Shown: in pieces, positions 59,901 through 64,000 of the stretch
Layout: each line of letters begins with the position of its first letter
Position numbering within the stretch: position 1 is the first letter of the stretch
DNA from: Phoronis australis
Taxonomy: Eukaryota; Animalia; Phoronida
Direction of reading: 5' to 3'
Length of the DNA stretch: 64,000 bases
Assembly: GCA_002633005.1 (NCBI GenBank)
Contig: NMRA01000205.1
Span: forward strand, 297,273-361,272
Notes under the pieces: generated by a model
What the model was told of the DNA's origin: nothing
The model's database searches: none
What the model saw: the letters and a program-made list of their open reading frames with translations, nothing else
Translations under genes and position numbers: made by a program

Positions 59901-61971
59901 CCTTTCAAGGACACGATTGGCCAGAATATTAGTATTTTGCACATTGGTGCTCTGCCAATTACTAAAACATTGCACATTTTATGCATCATATCTATCATCT
60001 GATCAGATGTCCTATCAGCCCTCGGAATGCAATAAAAGGATTGCGTGAACCAAACATCAAAGGGACATCTTCCAAAATATAAGTTTCAACTTTGTCAGTG
60101 TTTTTGCATTCTTAACCTTTATTGATTTCTTTCAGCAAGGAGATTTTGAATTGCGAAAAGTACTTGAGAAGATTATGTACTGTAGTAGTAGGTACAGACA
60201 GGGTTCAGGTGGGAATGACTCATCATGAAGTCATGCCATAACACCACTGCAAACTTCAGGTAGTAAGGATTCTTCGAAATAACAACTGCTATGAACATGT
60301 CAAATTTTCAGAATTTTCCTCAAGCACCACAAATCCAGTTTGAAGAACTGCAATCTTAACCCGGGCGAGGGTCACTCACATTGACAAGGTGCCTGCAGGC
60401 GTGTATCAAAAATTGCTGAGAGACTCCCTATTGCGGGTGCCAGGTCTGCTAATAACCACACTCTTTTGTGATGCCTATTGCGGGTAGGAAGACAGCCAGT
60501 GAGCCATTTGAGGGGCTGAGGCTAATGCAGTTGGCCTTTTGCAGGAACGAATTGGAAATTTAGGGGTCTATTGGACCCTCCACGGGTCCTGCAAAAGTTG
60601 CTGAAAAACTACTGCCTACCCGCAATTTTTGGTGCACGCCTGCGGACACTTGCCAATATGAGTGACCCCCGGGAATTTTAGTTACTGGGTGCATTTTTAC
60701 TTAAGTCACTGACCTACAGGATTATTGTTGCTACAATCAAGTCCTGTTTATATACCAAATAAATGGACTTCAATTAAATAACTTATGGATATCTTGTTGA
60801 CTCACCAGCTTTACTATTTTGTGCCTACACATGCAGTATGAGGGAATCAACACGGACAAATCTCCGGGGGGGGGGTCTTCAGCTATCATACTAGTACTTG
60901 TAAAGCAAATATGCAGTAGCACAGAAGGTTAGGTTCTGTCGAATCAAACTTTCTATTAGTGGTTAGAAGTAACTTTTTTGGTACAAATTCTGTTGCTTGT
61001 ATTTTTCTATGGTTTCAGATGCTGATTTTTTAGTTAATACTAGTATGTGTACTTCAGAATAACTTTACAATAAATAACTTTACTAGGACCAAAGTTAATA
61101 AATGGACAACTTTTGTTGAAAAGTCATAAAAAAGATTCTGTTTAAAGAAATGCCAACTTTCTAAAAGGATTCAGCCTTCACAGACTACCAAACAACGAAG
61201 GAATGAGCACCCTTCCTTCCCCTCCCCCCCATATACTACACTGCCACGGCAAACACAGGGTCAACATTGCACCTAAAAATGTGTCAGCCCTGTAAATGGG
61301 TGCTTATCATAGTTAGCACTGACTTTGAGGTAATCATCGGTTGAATGCAAAATGGCTGGTCTGACATTAAGTCGATGAAATTAGTGACCTTGGGAGTCGA
61401 TCCTATTCAACAAGGCTCAGTGATGATAAAGGGTAGATTTAGGGGTTGGGTAAACTAGTTCATTTACCATCACCACCACTTCGAGTTCCAAAAAAATTCT
61501 AGTTAGCTAAATCAGATGAACATTATTTACCAACAACAAGTCGATTGGAATGAGAAATCTACTACTTTTTACTACACTCGAATACTCGATCACTCAACTA
61601 CTAGACTTGAGCAGGGCGACCCACGCTAATCATTGAAATCGGTTAAATTACATGAAATGTCGCCTTCAAATGCTTTAATCCAACATACCTAATCGAAGAA
61701 ATAAGATTGTGCTAAACATTGACAATGCCACGGGAACGAAGACACCTGCGAACGTTCCGATCGTTCGCTCGCGACGAGGACTTGTTACAATGGCTTCCGT
61801 CCAGTTCAGTGAGAATTGACGTGAAAAATGTCGAACTAGTGGCGCATCTTCTGCCGTGGTTTCATCTCTCAGGTCTTCTCTGTGAAGAACGTGACTGAGC
61901 TCGTTAGTTCGCCGCAATCTGGCGGAATTTTGGCTGGACGAAACATCTGAAGACGGCATCGTGCTCGCCAT
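47908..61971 (-). CDS. SLC12A9: Solute carrier family 12 member 9 (cation-chloride cotransporter CIP1/CCC6), ~944 aa. Exons: 61971-61689, 57158-57024, 56676-56542, 55705-55548, 55115-54938, 53934-53818, 53213-53102, 52312-52155, 51309-51227, 50390-50266, 49258-47908
   Basis: Phase-consistent exons (2835 nt). Motifs: [148 protein letters not shown]-terminal [14 protein letters not shown]. Confidence 0.95.
50832..50929. repeat. Short palindromic MITE-like element (second copy at 52952-53046)
   Basis: GATATAACGTGCCCGCATTTTGAAAACCAG ... CTGGTTCTCAAAATGTGGGCACGTTAGATC. Confidence 0.7.
52952..53046. repeat. Short palindromic MITE-like element, same family as 50832-50929
   Basis: TCTGATATAACATGCCCG ... 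CGGGCACATTATATCAGA. Confidence 0.7.
56677..57023 (-). other. U12-type (minor spliceosome) GT-AG intron, SLC12A9 intron 2
   Basis: 5' splice site GTATCTTTT; branch-site-like TCCTTTAC (56690-56697) ~14 nt from the AG; no strong polypyrimidine tract. Confidence 0.8.
57210..57559. repeat. 21/22-bp minisatellite GATCATAG(T/A)GTTACTGAAT(T)AA, ~16 copies
   Basis: Directly visible head-to-tail units without spacers, ~50 bp from the SLC12A9 exon 2 acceptor. Confidence 0.95.
57562..57849. mobile_element. MITE with ~40-bp TIRs
   Basis: TAACATCATTTCTACAATCTATTGGTCTATTTACACCAAC / GTTGGTGTAAACAGATCAATAGATTTTAGAAATGATGTTA; a related end occurs at ~43520-43556. Confidence 0.75.
60360..60673. mobile_element. 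MITE with CCCGGG termini and 2-bp (AA) TSD (EnSpm/CACTA-like)
   Basis: aa|CCCGGGCGAGGGTCACTCACATTGACAAG.TGCCTGCAGGCGTG ... CACGCCTGCGGACACTTGCCAATATGAGTGACCCCCGGG|aa. Confidence 0.75.
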
Positions 61972-62028
61972 TTTGACACAATCACCTGCGCTGTTTTCCT
62001 TCACGAGAAGGTTTATCAGTCAAGTTTA

Positions 62029-62053
62029 TCATGTGACTTGCGGATCACGTGAC
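62029..62053 (-). promoter_or_regulatory. Tandem CLEAR/M-box-like E-boxes upstream of SLC12A9
   Basis: GTCACGTGA (62045-62053) and GTCACATGA (62029-62037) on the minus strand, ~60-80 bp upstream of the ATG; AAAATGGCG (YY1-type) at the ATG. Confidence 0.55.
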
Positions 62054-62759
62054 CAGTGTTCTGCTTACGATCGGAAGGTTTCTCGCAGCTGTGGTCGCAG
62101 GCTGTCACGCGCATGTCATTGTTTTTACATCTACATGATAACGATCCTACTAAGTTTTTTGTATACTGATTTGGAAAGAGGAAAGCTAATAATCAAAATA
62201 TCCAGCGTCGGTTTTTGTTTACAGTTAACTCTGCGAGTTTGCCGTGATAACCGAAATTGATTTTCCTTTGCGCCGTATGTTTACGTGTTTCGTCCAAGCA
62301 GCGAACTCTCAAGAGCCTACACACGACTTCATAGCAATAAAATTGGTCTTGACTGGTTCTTTACTCAGATGAGAACATGGGCGGCGCACTACAGGGCCGG
62401 GGTGAGGGCTATAGTCCCCCACCTTTTTCAATGCTGCACCGCCCATAGAGAATGGTTTCCCAACTTGCAAAAAAAAAACAGTCAGGTCCCTTGTTACTAC
62501 TGTGAAACACTGATGCGCGACGCACTATATATAGTGACACAGCATGATGACTCAAGCCATTTAACAAGACTCTGGAGAAGCAATTGCAAAACTCAGCCTC
62601 AGTGTTCTAAAGCCATGAAACCATCACCTTTGGCCAGAACGGCTTGAGACCAATTTCAAAACAGACATGAACTCAATCAGTAGATGTTCTTGGAATGGAC
62701 TTAATTAAGGAAGATTTACAACCGCTGTAATTGTGCTGACAGTTTCAGTAACCTTAGTA

Positions 62760-63235
62760 GTAATGGACAAACATCAGTTATGCTCTTTCATGCCACTAAA
62801 AATCATTCAATTTGAACTGCTACATAGAATTTTGACAACAAATACTTTTCTAAAAACTATAAATTTACGAGAGGACGATTTATGCTCTTTTTGAAAAAAA
62901 TGTACTGGAGTTTTTATAACACCTTTTTGGGAATGTCCCGGTCATTGTAAAACATTTTGGAACACACCTTTCTTATTATTTGATGAATTGCAGCTGTCAT
63001 ATGAGGGGGTTTTACTTAAAGTAATAGTTTTTGGCTTTCTCAAGTCTGGAAAAGATTATTTGTTGAATTGTTGGTACTCTTAGCTAAACAAAATATTTAT
63101 AGGACTAATTTTTTACAAAGTTTTCTATGTGTGAAGAAATTCTTATTTAATGTTAAGAACAGCTATCTTTTTGAGAGAGATATCGCTTTCAAAAATCAAA
63201 AATAAATTCCTTTGCAAAATGGAACCCAATCGTTG
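62760..63235 (+). mobile_element. Decayed 3' end of an L1/Tx1-clade LINE ORF2 (zf-RVT region)
   Basis: Translates as IQFELLHRILTTNTFLKTINLREDDLCSF*...HLFWECP...FW...KW with stops and frameshifts, matching the CCHC knuckle region of L1/Tx1 ORF2. Confidence 0.75.
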
Positions 63236-64000
63236 AGTTTCTTCACCCATAGTGTATTCAAGGTGAGCTTTTTAGTCCTATTTACTTTACATTTGGTGCG
63301 CCTGGAGAGTGAATGACAATATGAATGTTGTGTATTTCTATGATCATTTCTCAATAAAGGTGATAAGAAATCATTCAGATCGTAGCTGCATTTCACCATG
63401 TTTACTACCTAAAATGATAATCGAATTGCATGCGTACACCAGGGGGGGCGAAGTGAGCAAAAAGGTCTGCCTCAGAGAACCAAAAATTCCGAAAAAAGAG
63501 ACAAAAGTCAATTGAAAAGACAGGAACTATTAAAATTCGGCGAATGCCCAATTCATAGCTCTGAGAGCACCTTGTGAATCGTACTGTAAAAGGTCCACAT
63601 TCTCAAAAATTCGAGCCCCCATTTCTTAGGCTTAGTGCGCGCATGAATTGGGTCTTTTACTCTCTGAAAATCGATCTTTTATTAATATTCTGCCTTACTA
63701 CAGAACAGGGATTCTACGATTACCAGCAACAGTTGGCACAGAAACCAGGCGACTCAATAACTCAATGCCTATCAAATAGAGCTAGTGTTTGATCAACTGT
63801 AATGTTACGAATCAGTCGAAAATGGGCTCATATAGGCATTGATTGCCAGTTGCCGGCTCACACCACTACGGTAAAATGCAGTTTCAACTAAAGTCATGGT
63901 TATAGACTGTCATAATGGCTTATAATGGAATATAATTGGAAATTAAATACCATACGCAGGGTGCATCACTTGTAACTGTCAGTGTGAATTTATTATCTTT

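Noticed and set aside
61972-62004. Upstream GTG start extending SLC12A9
   Set aside because: Eukaryotic gene; the ATG at 61971 has strong Kozak-like context (AAAATGG).

Overview
AT-rich, intron-containing invertebrate animal DNA (the repeat landscape looks lophotrochozoan/molluscan; species not determinable). Four spliced genes were reconstructed by hand with consistent GT-AG junctions and phases: PLEKHM2/SKIP (+, 15 coding exons, 1279-26917), MRPS22 (-, 8 exons, 40061-30915), CFAP107/C1orf158 (+, 3 exons, 40630-42628, head-to-head with MRPS22) and SLC12A9 (-, 11 exons, 61971-47908). Most ORF-track entries are spurious or exon fragments. Two duplications flanking single-N gaps (13099, 22364) look like uncollapsed haplotypes. 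The most notable non-genic items are: a complete 521-bp non-coding LTR retroelement whose LTRs carry a tRNA-like Pol III promoter (PBS, PPT and TSD all present); a Penelope-type inverted insertion with variant hammerhead-ribozyme motifs; two Helentron-like elements carrying ~145-bp-spaced CTCF-like motifs; a U12-type intron, tandem copied splice acceptors and CLEAR-like promoter boxes in SLC12A9; and many MITEs.
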